From contig JBHHVB010000006.1 of the NCBI GenBank assembly GCA_046754065.1, positions 11,080 through 75,079 on the forward strand: DNA of 64,000 nucleotides, read 5' to 3'. Shown piece by piece: positions 34,497 to 45,880 of the stretch. A program made the translations under genes and the position numbers. The stretch's first letter is position 1. Every line of letters starts with the position of its first letter. The notes beneath the pieces are model-generated. The model was given only the letters and a program-made list of their open reading frames with translations, was not told the DNA's origin and searched no databases. This DNA is from Gammaproteobacteria bacterium (GTDB taxonomy: Bacteria > Pseudomonadota > Gammaproteobacteria > SZUA-140).

Positions 34497-36743
34497 TCAA
34501 CCTTTTACCCTGTTTATCTTGTTGACAAGATCTATGGCGCGAATTTGACGCATAAGATTAGCTAAATGAATGCGCCCATGTACGCCGATCGTAAAAATAA
34601 TTGTACTATATTTACCATCACGCTCTGATATATTCACATTATTAATGTTGGCATCCATGTCTGATATGGCAGACGCCAAGGTTGCGAGCACACCACGCTT
34701 GTTGACAACCTCTACTCTAATATCAACGAGGAATTCCCCTTCGACTTCCGCCTCCCAATCAACGTCCAGCCATTTATCCGGATGTTTGCGAAATTCTTTT
34801 ACGTTTTTACATGACTCCGTATGGATGACAATACCTCGCCCTGTTGATACAAAGCCTTGAATAGAATCCCCGGGAATAGGCCGACAACACTTTGCAAATG
34901 TCACCACCATACCTTCGGTACCCTTGATGGCCAATGGACGAGATAAAGACTTCTCACCACCCAGCCAGGTTGGCATATATCGCGTAATGACGCTTTTAAT
35001 CGCCCTGGGATGCAGATTGGATAAACCATGACTGGACGACGAACTCTCTGCTATTCTCTTCGCAACGAAAGGGGCGAGCCGGTTACCAAGCCCAATATCT
35101 TCAAACATATCATCCAGCGTATCGTTCTTGAGCTCCTTGAGAATCTTGTCCATATTACCTTCGGGGATTTCATCCACCGACAACGAGAATGGATTCAATG
35201 CCCGGTTCAACATTCTTCTGCCAAGCTCTATAGACTCTTCCCTTTTCAGGTTTTTCAGGAAATACCTGATATTGGTGCGCGCCTTGCCCGTCACGACAAA
35301 GTTCAACCAGGAGGGATTGGGACGCGCACCAGGCGCAGTGATAATCTCAACCGTTTGCCCATTGGTCAGCGAAGTGCTCAATGGTGCCAATCGTCGATCC
35401 ACCTTCGCCGCAACGCAGGTATACCCCACATCGGTATGTACGGCATAGGCAAAATCAACAGCCGTGGCCCCCCTTGGAAGCTCCAGAATCTTTCCTTTCG
35501 GTGTAAACACATAAACTTCCTCCGGGAAAAGATCAATTTTTACATTTTCAAGGAACTCTAATGAATTACCTGCATTTTTTTGCATCTCTAGCAGGCTTCG
35601 CATCCATTCTCTGACTCGCCTTTGCGCGCTGTGACCTGAACCCTCGTTGTCACCAATTTTGTATAGCCAGTGCGCAGCGATACCTGCCTCAGCCACTTTG
35701 TCAATTTTCTCGGTCCGAATCTGAACCTCAATATGAACCCCATAGGGTCCAACCAGTACGGTATGCAGGGACTGATATCCATTTGTTTTAGGAATCGCTA
35801 TATAGTCTTTGAATTTCCCGGGAACCGGTTTATAGACATTATGAATGACGCCCAAAACCCGATAGCAGGCATCAACGCTGTCAACGATTATACGAAATGC
35901 ATAAACGTCAAATACTTCGGAAAACGAGAGGTTTTTATCACGCATCTTCTGATAAATACTGTAGAGATGCTTCTCTCGGCCACTTACGCGCCCGACAACA
36001 CTTTCCTGCTGTAAACGCGACTCTATTGCAGACTGGATCTTGCCTATAATCTCCTTGCGATTGCCTCGCGCCCGCTTGACTGATTCGGCTAAAACCCGGT
36101 ATCGCAACGGGTAAGTTTCGGAAAAACCCAGGTCTTGTAATTCTTTACGCACCGTATTCATCCCCAGCCTGTTGGCTATTGGCGCGTAGATTTCCAGCGT
36201 TTCCCGTGAAATACGCCTGCGTTTTTCCAGTCTCACAGACCCCAGTGTACGCATATTATGCAAGCGGTCAGCTAGCTTGATAATAATGACCCGGATGTCC
36301 TGGACCATCGCAAGCAACATTTTTCGAAAGTTTTCTGCCTGTGCTTCAACCCGACTCTCAAACTTTATTTGCGCCAGTTTACTCACACCATCAACAAGTT
36401 CGGCGACATCATGCCCAAACTCTTCGGCAATGTATTCTTTTACTGTGGGTGTATCCTCAATAACATCATGGAGTAACGCCGCCATGATACTCTCGGCATC
36501 CATACGCATGTCCGCCAAAATACCCGCAACTGCAATGGGATGGGTAATATATGGCTCGCCGGAATAGCGAAACTGGCCGTCATGTGCCTTCGCGGCAAAG
36601 GTATAGACCCGACGAATTTCTGAGATTTGATCCTGATCGAGATAATTGTCTAATGACGAACAAAGATTATCGATCAATAATGCCGGGCCCGACAGATCCG
36701 AAGGGGGAATTGGAGATTCGGTTACCGAGCTGGTTACTTTCAA
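34497..36743 (-). CDS. spoT: Bifunctional (p)ppGpp synthetase/hydrolase SpoT/RelA family (start uncertain: TTG at 36743 or 36677)
   Basis: It has an HD domain (HDVIEDT), a synthetase region (YQSLHT), TGS and ACT domains. The ORF-track start at 36827 would overlap rpoZ by 77 nt, so I prefer an in-frame TTG after the rpoZ stop. Confidence 0.9.
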   Translation of the reverse strand: MKVTSSVTESPIPPSDLSGPALLIDNLCSSLDNYLDQDQISEIRRVYTFAAKAHDGQFRYSGEPYITHPIAVAGILADMRMDAESIMAALLHDVIEDTPTVKEYIAEEFGHDVAELVDGVSKLAQIKFESRVEAQAENFRKMLLAMVQDIRVIIIKLADRLHNMRTLGSVRLEKRRRISRETLEIYAPIANRLGMNTVRKELQDLGFSETYPLRYRVLAESVKRARGNRKEIIGKIQSAIESRLQQESVVGRVSGREKHLYSIYQKMRDKNLSFSEVFDVYAFRIIVDSVDACYRVLGVIHNVYKPVPGKFKDYIAIPKTNGYQSLHTVLVGPYGVHIEVQIRTEKIDKVAEAGIAAHWLYKIGDNEGSGHSAQRRVREWMRSLLEMQKNAGNSLEFLENVKIDLFPEEVYVFTPKGKILELPRGATAVDFAYAVHTDVGYTCVAAKVDRRLAPLSTSLTNGQTVEIITAPGARPNPSWLNFVVTGKARTNIRYFLKNLKREESIELGRRMLNRALNPFSLSVDEIPEGNMDKILKELKNDTLDDMFEDIGLGNRLAPFVAKRIAESSSSSHGLSNLHPRAIKSVITRYMPTWLGGEKSLSRPLAIKGTEGMVVTFAKCCRPIPGDSIQGFVSTGRGIVIHTESCKNVKEFRKHPDKWLDVDWEAEVEGEFLVDIRVEVVNKRGVLATLASAISDMDANINNVNISERDGKYSTIIFTIGVHGRIHLANLMRQIRAIDLVNKINRVKG

Positions 36744-36750
36744 GGTCAGT

Positions 36751-37017
36751 TCAGACTTGCTGGGCTTCCTGTAGCTCATCATCTGAAACGATGGACTCTT
36801 CAGCATGCTCCTGGGCATTGACCTCATCCAGAATAGAAGCGTCTATATTTCCCTTGGCGATTTCGCGTAACGCTACCACGGTAGGCTTATCATTTTCCCA
36901 TGGCAAGCTGGGCTCTTTGCCACTTGCAAGCTGGCGTGCACGCTTGCTAGCGATTAACACCAAATTAAACCGGTTATCTACATTTTCCAGACAATCTTCG
37001 ACAGTAACACGCGCCAT
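36751..37017 (-). CDS. rpoZ: RNA polymerase omega subunit
   Basis: It begins [30 protein letters not shown]. Confidence 0.95.
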   Translation of the reverse strand: MARVTVEDCLENVDNRFNLVLIASKRARQLASGKEPSLPWENDKPTVVALREIAKGNIDASILDEVNAQEHAEESIVSDDELQEAQQV

Positions 37018-37121
37018 TCTTTTTCTCCTGAAATCTAAATATCACACTATACAACATTTTTACGAAAAATTATTCCTGTCAGCATCAAAAGTTCAGGACC
37101 CCGTATCTGATTCGAGCCCAA

Positions 37122-38653
<1,532 letters not shown>

Positions 38654-38883
38654 ATGCTGTCCTTTATTAACTCTTTCACTTTCCGCAAAATAACATTAAA
38701 ACCCTGAAACGAATATACCCGAAGAATTGAAAATTAAAAAATTTGGGGGGGATCGCAAATCAGCAAGACGAGTCAAGGTACTTCCGTTGCCATTAATTAG
38801 AATGGCCAGAGATAGTTAAATCAATTTATATCGCCCGTATTCAAGGGTATAATCGTGTTTTTTGTCAACCGGAAGGAAATGCC

Positions 38884-39600
38884 ATGCGGCCCAGTGGACG
38901 TCAACCCAATGAATTACGCAATATAATCATTACCCGCAATTATACGAAACATGCCGAAGGCTCGGTCATGATAGAATTTGGTGATACGCGAGTACTTTGT
39001 AACGCAAGCATCGAAGAAAAAGTGCCCGGCTTTCTCAAAGGTAGCGGACAAGGGTGGCTAACAGCGGAATACGGCATGCTGCCTCGCTCGACAGGCCAGC
39101 GTATGGGACGAGAGGCATCTCGAGGTAAACAAGGTGGCCGAACGCAGGAAATTCAGAGGCTCATCGGCCGCTCTCTGCGAGCCGCACTGGATATGAAAGC
39201 GTTGGGTGATAGAACAATTACCATTGATTGCGATGTCATCCAGGCCGATGGCGGAACAAGAACCGCGTCGATCACGGGTAGTTTTGTGGCGCTCTGTGAT
39301 GCTGTCCATCATCTGCTAGACAAAAAGCTCATTTCAAAAAACCCGATTCACGGCTATATCGCATCGGTTTCAACGGGTATTTTCAACGGCATACCGGTAC
39401 TTGACCTGGATTATGCGGAAGACTCTAATGCAGAAACCGACATGAATTTTGTAATGAATGATGGTGGCGCCTTCATTGAGATACAGGGAACAGCAGAAGG
39501 TCATGCCTTCACAATGGAAGAAATGAATGCAATGACAGATTTGGCAAAAAATGGAATTCGTGAGCTGCTTAACAAGCAAAAAGAGGCGCTCGCAATATAA
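38884..39600 (+). CDS. rph: Ribonuclease PH
   Basis: It has [14 protein letters not shown] and [18 protein letters not shown] motifs. Confidence 0.95.
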   Translation: MRPSGRQPNELRNIIITRNYTKHAEGSVMIEFGDTRVLCNASIEEKVPGFLKGSGQGWLTAEYGMLPRSTGQRMGREASRGKQGGRTQEIQRLIGRSLRAALDMKALGDRTITIDCDVIQADGGTRTASITGSFVALCDAVHHLLDKKLISKNPIHGYIASVSTGIFNGIPVLDLDYAEDSNAETDMNFVMNDGGAFIEIQGTAEGHAFTMEEMNAMTDLAKNGIRELLNKQKEALAI

Positions 39601-39654
39601 TTGAGATGGATGCTCAGCAACGTATATTCAGGTATAGGCTGAGGGCAGATCACT

Positions 39655-40275
39655 GTGACTGAAATCGTCCTGGCAAGTAGCAATAAAGGCAAGTTGGCAG
39701 AGATTCAAAAAATTTTATCTGCCTTTGACATTAGCATAACTCCGCAATCCGACCTGAACGTGTCCGACGCTGATGAGACCGGATTAACTTTTATAGAAAA
39801 TGCGATTATCAAGGCGCGTCATGCGTCTGCCATAACAGGGAAACCAGCCATTGCAGACGATTCAGGACTTGAAGTGGACTTGCTGAATGGCGCACCAGGC
39901 ATTTACTCCTCGCGTTATGCCGGTGAAGATGCCACCGACCAGGAGAATGTCGAAAAACTTCTCGATGCATTGGATGGTGTATCAGAAGATCAACGCAGTG
40001 CCCGGTTCTATTGCATAATTATTTTCATAAGACACCAGGATGACCCGACACCACTGATTTGCGAAGGAAGCTGGGCAGGAACCGTTATGACCCAGCCACG
40101 CGGCACTTATGGTTTTGGTTACGATCCCGTTTTTTATGTGCCCACACACCAGTGCAGCTCGGCAGAGCTACCTCCAGATGTAAAAAATACGATTAGCCAC
40201 CGGGGACAGGCATTACGCGCACTCATTCAATACTTGCCTGTCATTCAGACACATCTAACGCTGAACCAAATCTAA
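39655..40275 (+). CDS. rdgB: Non-canonical purine NTP pyrophosphatase (RdgB/HAM1)
   Basis: It has VLASSNKGKLAEI, ADDSGLEVD, GFGYDPVF and SHRGQAL motifs. Confidence 0.9.
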   Translation: MTEIVLASSNKGKLAEIQKILSAFDISITPQSDLNVSDADETGLTFIENAIIKARHASAITGKPAIADDSGLEVDLLNGAPGIYSSRYAGEDATDQENVEKLLDALDGVSEDQRSARFYCIIIFIRHQDDPTPLICEGSWAGTVMTQPRGTYGFGYDPVFYVPTHQCSSAELPPDVKNTISHRGQALRALIQYLPVIQTHLTLNQI

Positions 40276-40340
40276 TAATGAGTTGTCTATTTAGACAGGT
40301 CAGTGCAAACCACCAATCCGTATGTTAAGGAGCATAGATA

Positions 40341-40625
40341 ATGAAACAGCTTACAGTATCTGCATTGTTAATTTCTTTTTTGACATTCTTTTCAATTAAT
40401 AGCTTTGCCTGCAGCGCAATGGGTCCTAACACCCATGTTGGGAATATCACCGCTGTCGACAATGACGCAAAGACATTTACCATCCAGGATGTCGAAACCA
40501 ATAAGCCAATCACCTTCCATATGAATGAAAAAGTTATGCTGAGCCTCACGGGCGCGAGTGGACAGATTGTTGTCAGATATTCTGGAGAAGAAAAAGGAAA
40601 TTTAATCGCGACCAGTATCGAGTAG
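40341..40625 (+). CDS. Small secreted protein of unknown function (94 aa)
   Basis: It has a signal peptide (LLISFLTFFSINSFA), a short beta-rich mature part and a good RBS (AAGGAG). Confidence 0.55.
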   Translation: MKQLTVSALLISFLTFFSINSFACSAMGPNTHVGNITAVDNDAKTFTIQDVETNKPITFHMNEKVMLSLTGASGQIVVRYSGEEKGNLIATSIE

Positions 40626-40665
40626 CACTGATATCAAATTACTATCCTGGATTCTGATTTTCGTC

Positions 40666-40698
40666 AAAAAAAGCCCCATTGTAGAAATGGGGCTTTTT
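40666..40698. terminator. Bidirectional intrinsic terminator between convergent genes
   Basis: An A7 run, then the stem AGCCCCAT (40672-40679) pairing with ATGGGGCT (40687-40694), then a T5 run. Confidence 0.8.
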
Positions 40699-40724
40699 CT
40701 GACATCAACCTAGCGAATAGATAA

Positions 40725-41843
40725 TTAAAAGGTTGGCGCTGCCTGCCTAGAAGGATCAACAGCGATGTTGGTCGCTGCATTCAGCGTCCAGTTCATATCG
40801 GCGGTTGCGCTGACTGGCCAGTCAACCGGCGCCGTAACACCCACATCTGCGCCCACCTGTGTCTGTGACGCACTTCCCGTTAATACAGTACCTGCAACAT
40901 CGCTAAACGTATCCACTCTTTCAACACCTACATAACCACCACCACCTTGCGTATAGGCACCAATCCATGTCGCATCAACATGCTCGGTTGCTGCCCATGA
41001 AACGGTAGTGCCCCCAAGCGTTGCGGATCCACCATTCGTCACATTATATGGCTGAGTTCCAAACCAGCTCCATCCTGTTCGACCGGCACGTATACGCTTA
41101 TCAAACTTTTGCTGGGTAACCTCACCCGTACCCGGGTCTGTGCTATCGAGCGTCTGCCAGACATCAATAGCCTTACCTCTTACGACATCACTATCCGGAA
41201 GAATCTGCCCACCACTGATAACCCCGTTATAGATTACCGCCGCAAAATTATCGGTTACTGTACCCGCTGCCGTTGTATTGGCCTGGCTTTGGGCCAACTG
41301 CAAAGACCAGGCGTCCTGATAGGCCTGTGCGGTGTTTGGCAACGCAAATTGAGTTATATCCTTGGCAAAACCACGCTGGATTTTAGCGGATGACTCCAGT
41401 GTCGCATCACGAATAACCTGGCTAGCCGCCACACCCTGTGCAATCAGTCCGCTACTGGCGAATGTGAACGCGCCAGCGGCTGTCGCTCGCGTCAGGAACG
41501 GTGTATAAACTTCATTGACAAAAGGCAGTGTTGCCGAGTCACCTGTTGCACCGACATCGGTCACGATCAGGCGCATAAACGTTCCATCGGCAGTATTAAC
41601 GGTTTCATAGCGGAATCCATCATCTACGGTTGTTCCGCTACAAGCAACCCCGGCGGTGCCGCAGACAGTATCGGTAATCGTGCCGGTGTTGACTGACCAG
41701 GATCCGTATGATACGGGTGGTCCGGCGGCGAATGCCGCTGGAACAGTAACACCAGAAAGCATCAGCGCGCCGATGATACGTCGCAATTTTTTATCAGGGC
41801 GAAATGATATATCCTTCTCGTGACTAAACAAGATTTGGCTCAT
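40725..41843 (-). CDS. Secreted Thr/Gly/Ala-rich protein of unknown function (372 aa)
   Basis: It has a signal peptide (RRIIGALMLSGVTVPAAFA), low-charge T/G/A/V-rich composition and no recognisable domain. A 317-bp AT-rich region lies upstream. Confidence 0.6.
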   Translation of the reverse strand: MSQILFSHEKDISFRPDKKLRRIIGALMLSGVTVPAAFAAGPPVSYGSWSVNTGTITDTVCGTAGVACSGTTVDDGFRYETVNTADGTFMRLIVTDVGATGDSATLPFVNEVYTPFLTRATAAGAFTFASSGLIAQGVAASQVIRDATLESSAKIQRGFAKDITQFALPNTAQAYQDAWSLQLAQSQANTTAAGTVTDNFAAVIYNGVISGGQILPDSDVVRGKAIDVWQTLDSTDPGTGEVTQQKFDKRIRAGRTGWSWFGTQPYNVTNGGSATLGGTTVSWAATEHVDATWIGAYTQGGGGYVGVERVDTFSDVAGTVLTGSASQTQVGADVGVTAPVDWPVSATADMNWTLNAATNIAVDPSRQAAPTF

Positions 41844-42160
41844 ATGAATGCCTACTTTGTATATATATTGTTATCTGTAAATTACTGAATACTACATTTT
41901 GTATTCAATAGCGCACCACTGCATTTCATAGTGGTTATTTATATCATATTGAAAAGTTTATTTAAAACTGATTATTTTTACTTAAGATCCTGTTAATGTG
42001 TAATGAAAACCGACACAACAGCTCGTGGTTTCTGCCTAGTTCAACAATTATGCTAATCCTTATCAACTATTTAGTCGATACAATTCTATTTAATGTTAAA
42101 CCCAACCTTTTTTTCCATGATCAGTTTTTTAATAAATGCTTGCTGAATTAATTTTGATTC

Positions 42161-43336
42161 ATGTTTAATTTCACCCAGAATCCGCCGCTTTCCCTTTATG
42201 TTCACGTTCCGTGGTGCGTACATAAATGCCCGTACTGTGACTTCAACTCCCACGAAGTGAAAAATGAAATACCGGAAAGGGCCTATGTTGATGCACTCAT
42301 AACCGACCTCGAAATACTACTCCCCGAGATATGGGGCAGAAGCGTCGTTAGCCTGTTTATTGGCGGAGGCACGCCCAGCCTTTTAAGTCCTGATGCTATT
42401 TCCAGATTGTTATCCGCAATCAAGGCCAGAATACCGTTGTTACCTCAAGCCGAAATAACGCTGGAAGCCAATCCCGGCAGCTTTGAGCAGGAAAAGTTTT
42501 CGGAGTTTGCAAATGCCGGCATTAATCGCCTGTCAATCGGAATTCAAAGTTTTGACAACGAATTACTGAGAAGACTGCAGCGAATACATGATCAGACCCA
42601 GGCATTCTCTGCAATTGAGATTGCACATCGCGCAGGTTTCAAAAACATCAATCTGGATTTAATGTATGGGCTGCCCGGACAGACCATTGACCAGGCAATA
42701 TTCGATATTGAGCGAGCAGCGAAGACGGATCCATCACACATTTCCCATTACCAGCTCACGATTGAGCCAAACACCTTGTTTCATACCCAGCCGCCAACAT
42801 TGCCTGATGAAGACTGTATCTGGGCAATGCAGTTAAAAAGCCAACAATTATTGCAATCAGCCCGTCTCGAACAGTACGAAGTTTCGGCCTACGCTACGTC
42901 CAGATCACAGTGCATACACAATCTCAACTACTGGACCTTCGGGGATTATATTGGCATAGGTGCCGGTGCACATTCCAAACTAACCAGCGCTCAAAAACAA
43001 AATATCACTCGCCACTGGAGGGTTAAACACCCCGCCGACTATATCAAAAAGACTGCTACCGCAACCGTCGACGATCCCAACCATATTAGCGGAACGCAGA
43101 CACTGTCGCGGGCAAATGTTTGTGCCGAATTCATGATGAATGCGTTGCGGTTGACAAGCGGTTTTTCCCCCAACCTGTTTTTTCATCACACAGGCATGCC
43201 GATCTCCACAATTGAACAACAATTAAAACACGCGTCTAATCAAGGCCTGTTAGACTATTCAGTTGATAAGATCTGTCCTACCGCGTTAGGCTTCCAATTT
43301 CATAATGATCTAATCGAAATTTTTATCGCTTCATGA
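42161..43336 (+). CDS. hemW: Radical SAM haem chaperone HemW (coproporphyrinogen-III-oxidase-like)
   Basis: It has the CVHKCPYCDF radical-SAM cluster motif and a GGGTPS motif, and is 391 aa. Confidence 0.9.
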   Translation: MFNFTQNPPLSLYVHVPWCVHKCPYCDFNSHEVKNEIPERAYVDALITDLEILLPEIWGRSVVSLFIGGGTPSLLSPDAISRLLSAIKARIPLLPQAEITLEANPGSFEQEKFSEFANAGINRLSIGIQSFDNELLRRLQRIHDQTQAFSAIEIAHRAGFKNINLDLMYGLPGQTIDQAIFDIERAAKTDPSHISHYQLTIEPNTLFHTQPPTLPDEDCIWAMQLKSQQLLQSARLEQYEVSAYATSRSQCIHNLNYWTFGDYIGIGAGAHSKLTSAQKQNITRHWRVKHPADYIKKTATATVDDPNHISGTQTLSRANVCAEFMMNALRLTSGFSPNLFFHHTGMPISTIEQQLKHASNQGLLDYSVDKICPTALGFQFHNDLIEIFIAS

Positions 43337-43527
43337 ATATCGTCGAGGAACATTCCGTTAATTGTCCCTATTGTGGTGAACTGTTCACTATAGTCATTGA
43401 TTTATCGGCAGGGAATCAGCAATATACCGAAGACTGCAGTATCTGTTGTCAACCCGTTTTTTTTGATATCTGTATTGATCCGCCTGAATCGACGGTACTA
43501 ATTAATGCCAGACGTGAAAACGACTAA
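43333..43527 (+). CDS. CPxCG-motif cysteine-rich small protein
   Basis: It is 64 aa and has CPYCGE...CSICCQP (four-Cys zinc-ribbon pattern). It overlaps hemW by 4 nt. Confidence 0.7.
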   Translation: MNIVEEHSVNCPYCGELFTIVIDLSAGNQQYTEDCSICCQPVFFDICIDPPESTVLINARREND

Positions 43528-43558
43528 ACTTGCATAACAATTTTCCGGATAATCTAGT

Positions 43559-44431
43559 ATGATGAGCGGCCTATCAGAAAATCAGCCTCTAGCGACCATG
43601 TCGACTATCATACTGCAAGGTTCCAACCTGACTATTAAAGACGCAAACTCTATTGCCAATCAATTCAATGGAAAATTGCATAGTATCGGAAACTTTTACC
43701 AGGTAAAAATTAATCATGCTTTATCGACTACCGAAATAAACCAGTTACGAGAGCACTATCATTTCGATATTAACCAGCTTCCTGCTGATTTCGAACCGAA
43801 ACAGGTCAGACTTCTTGTCACTGATATGGACTCAACGTTTATCAATATTGAATGCGTCGATGAAATTGCCGATTTCGCAGGCATCAAAACCAAAGTAGCC
43901 GAAATTACCGAATCAGCGATGCGCGGTGAAATTGATTTCGAAACATCACTAACCAGACGAGTCCGCTTGCTACGCGGTCTATCAACTAGTGTTTTAAGCA
44001 AGGTTTACGAAGAACGGTTACGAATAAATCAGGGCGCCGAGGTCATGCTGCAAACATTGCGCGATCGCAATATCAGGATTGCGCTGGTATCAGGCGGCTT
44101 CACCTATTTTACTGATCGCCTGCAACATCAATATCAACTGGATTACACGCTGGCAAACACCCTTGAGATTAAAGAGGGAAAGTTAACGGGCGGCATTCAT
44201 GGGAAAATCGTAGGCGCACAAAGCAAGGCAGACTTTCTGCTCGCTTTATGTGATAAACTGGACATTAACCCTATGCAAGTAATCGCGATGGGAGATGGTG
44301 CTAACGATCTTTTGATGATGAAGGAAGCTGGACTAAGTATAGCGTACCACGCCAAGCCCAAGGTTCAACGACAGGCATCCGTAGCGATAAATTATTGTGG
44401 CCTCGACGGCTTACCTGGATTGCTGGGATAG
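43559..44431 (+). CDS. serB: Phosphoserine phosphatase
   Basis: It has HAD motifs (VTDMDSTFI, SGGFT, GDGANDL) and an N-terminal ACT-like region. Confidence 0.85.
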   Translation: MMSGLSENQPLATMSTIILQGSNLTIKDANSIANQFNGKLHSIGNFYQVKINHALSTTEINQLREHYHFDINQLPADFEPKQVRLLVTDMDSTFINIECVDEIADFAGIKTKVAEITESAMRGEIDFETSLTRRVRLLRGLSTSVLSKVYEERLRINQGAEVMLQTLRDRNIRIALVSGGFTYFTDRLQHQYQLDYTLANTLEIKEGKLTGGIHGKIVGAQSKADFLLALCDKLDINPMQVIAMGDGANDLLMMKEAGLSIAYHAKPKVQRQASVAINYCGLDGLPGLLG

Positions 44432-44452
44432 GCCAGATAATCCTGATAAACC

Positions 44453-45880
44453 CTAAAATGCCGTAGGTAGTGAGCTTGAATTCCCCGTGGAAATGTCTTT
44501 TAACAGCAACGTGCCCAGATCAGTTCCATCTGTTACCCATGGCTCCAGCCCATTTACACCATCGTCGGCCCAAAAAAAGACCAGATTACCCAGACTGGCG
44601 GGTAACTGAATATCTGAATTCACTACACCGGGATAAATATCCTTCACTAGATTGGTGCCCAGTTCGGTACCGTCACTAACCCAAAGCTCTTTACCGCTGG
44701 ATCCATCATTAGCAATAAAAAACAATTTCGAATTTGAAACAGTTAACATCGTAGGAATTGACCATTCAAATCCACCCCTGATATCTTTAACAAGCTGGGT
44801 CCCATTCGCAGAACCATCCGTCTTCCAAAGCTCCTCACCCGTATTACTGCTGTTAGCCCGAAACATTAATGTGCCGTTTACGTCGACCAAAGCATCCTGA
44901 TCAAACTCTGCTCCACCGGGATTTACGATGATCGTTCCCGCTTGTGAACCGTCGCTTATCCAGAGCTCCTTGAAGTTAATACTGTTCGTTGCAATAAGAA
45001 ACAGGCTGCCTCCCGAAGCCGTTAACTCTTTCGGAAATGATTCCCCGCTACCAGTCTCTATATCCCTAACCAGCTCCGTTCCCGGCCAGGTTCCGTCACT
45101 TTTCCACAGTTCCCTGCCATACAAACCGTTGTCTGCAGTAAAAAATAACGAACCAGCGACATTGGTCAAATCCGCCGGCATTGAACCGTTTGGCCCAGGA
45201 TAAATGTCTCTTACCATCATTGTTGTTAAACTTGAGCCATGACTTACCCATAGCTCATTACCGTTAACGTCTTCGTCTGCTGTAAAAAACAGTTGTCCAT
45301 TAGATTCAGTCAGATTGGCTACTGCTGGTGATTGCGCCAATGAATCAAAACTTTTAAGCAAAACGGTACCTGCATTCGTACCATCACTGAGCCACACTGC
45401 AACGCGGCTGGCGCTATTTTCTGCAACAAAGTACAACACTCCTCCAGCAATGGTTAAATGATGAGGGTTTGAGCTGGGCTTACCGGTGAATATATCTGCG
45501 ACGAGAACGGTGCCGGCATCCGTTCCATCTGACTTCCATAATTCGTAACCGCTGGAGCCATCGTCTGCAACAAAAAATAACGTGCCATTCAAATCAATAA
45601 ATTCACCCGGGTTGGAGTTCCCCAACCCCGGGTTAACATCCTTAACCAGGACAGTTCCAGCCGGACTACCGTCAGACTTCCAAAGTTCGATACCACTGGA
45701 TTGTGTACCAGCGGCAAAAAAAACGGCATTGCCCACAGCAGCCGGTTGGGGAAGATACCCATCAGGGAAACTTTTGGTATCGTTGTTTTCCAGATTTTCA
45801 AGTGTACAGGCACTTAAATACAGCAACAGCAATAGCACTGAAACTATTTTAGCGTGATAAAGTGTCGATAAATTACCCAT
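44453..45880 (-). CDS. ELWxxDGT-repeat lipoprotein (about nine repeats of ~48 aa)
   Basis: There are nine copies of [ELW][KVI][ST]DG[ST]xxGTxLVKDIxxG, for example ELWKSDGSPAGTVLVKDVNPG and ELWVSDGTELGTNLVKDIYPG. I prefer the start at the Met at 45878-45880, 4 nt after the trmB stop. That gives the signal MGNLSTLYHAKIVSVLLLLLYLSAC with a lipobox. Confidence 0.8.
   Translation of the reverse strand: MGNLSTLYHAKIVSVLLLLLYLSACTLENLENNDTKSFPDGYLPQPAAVGNAVFFAAGTQSSGIELWKSDGSPAGTVLVKDVNPGLGNSNPGEFIDLNGTLFFVADDGSSGYELWKSDGTDAGTVLVADIFTGKPSSNPHHLTIAGGVLYFVAENSASRVAVWLSDGTNAGTVLLKSFDSLAQSPAVANLTESNGQLFFTADEDVNGNELWVSHGSSLTTMMVRDIYPGPNGSMPADLTNVAGSLFFTADNGLYGRELWKSDGTWPGTELVRDIETGSGESFPKELTASGGSLFLIATNSINFKELWISDGSQAGTIIVNPGGAEFDQDALVDVNGTLMFRANSSNTGEELWKTDGSANGTQLVKDIRGGFEWSIPTMLTVSNSKLFFIANDGSSGKELWVSDGTELGTNLVKDIYPGVVNSDIQLPASLGNLVFFWADDGVNGLEPWVTDGTDLGTLLLKDISTGNSSSLPTAF
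44456..45742 (-). repeat. Tandem intragenic repeat region (period about 144-150 nt) encoding the ELWxxDGT repeats
   Basis: The periodic recurrence of the ELW..DG..GT..L.KDI motif is visible in the translation. The repeats are divergent at the DNA level. Confidence 0.7.
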
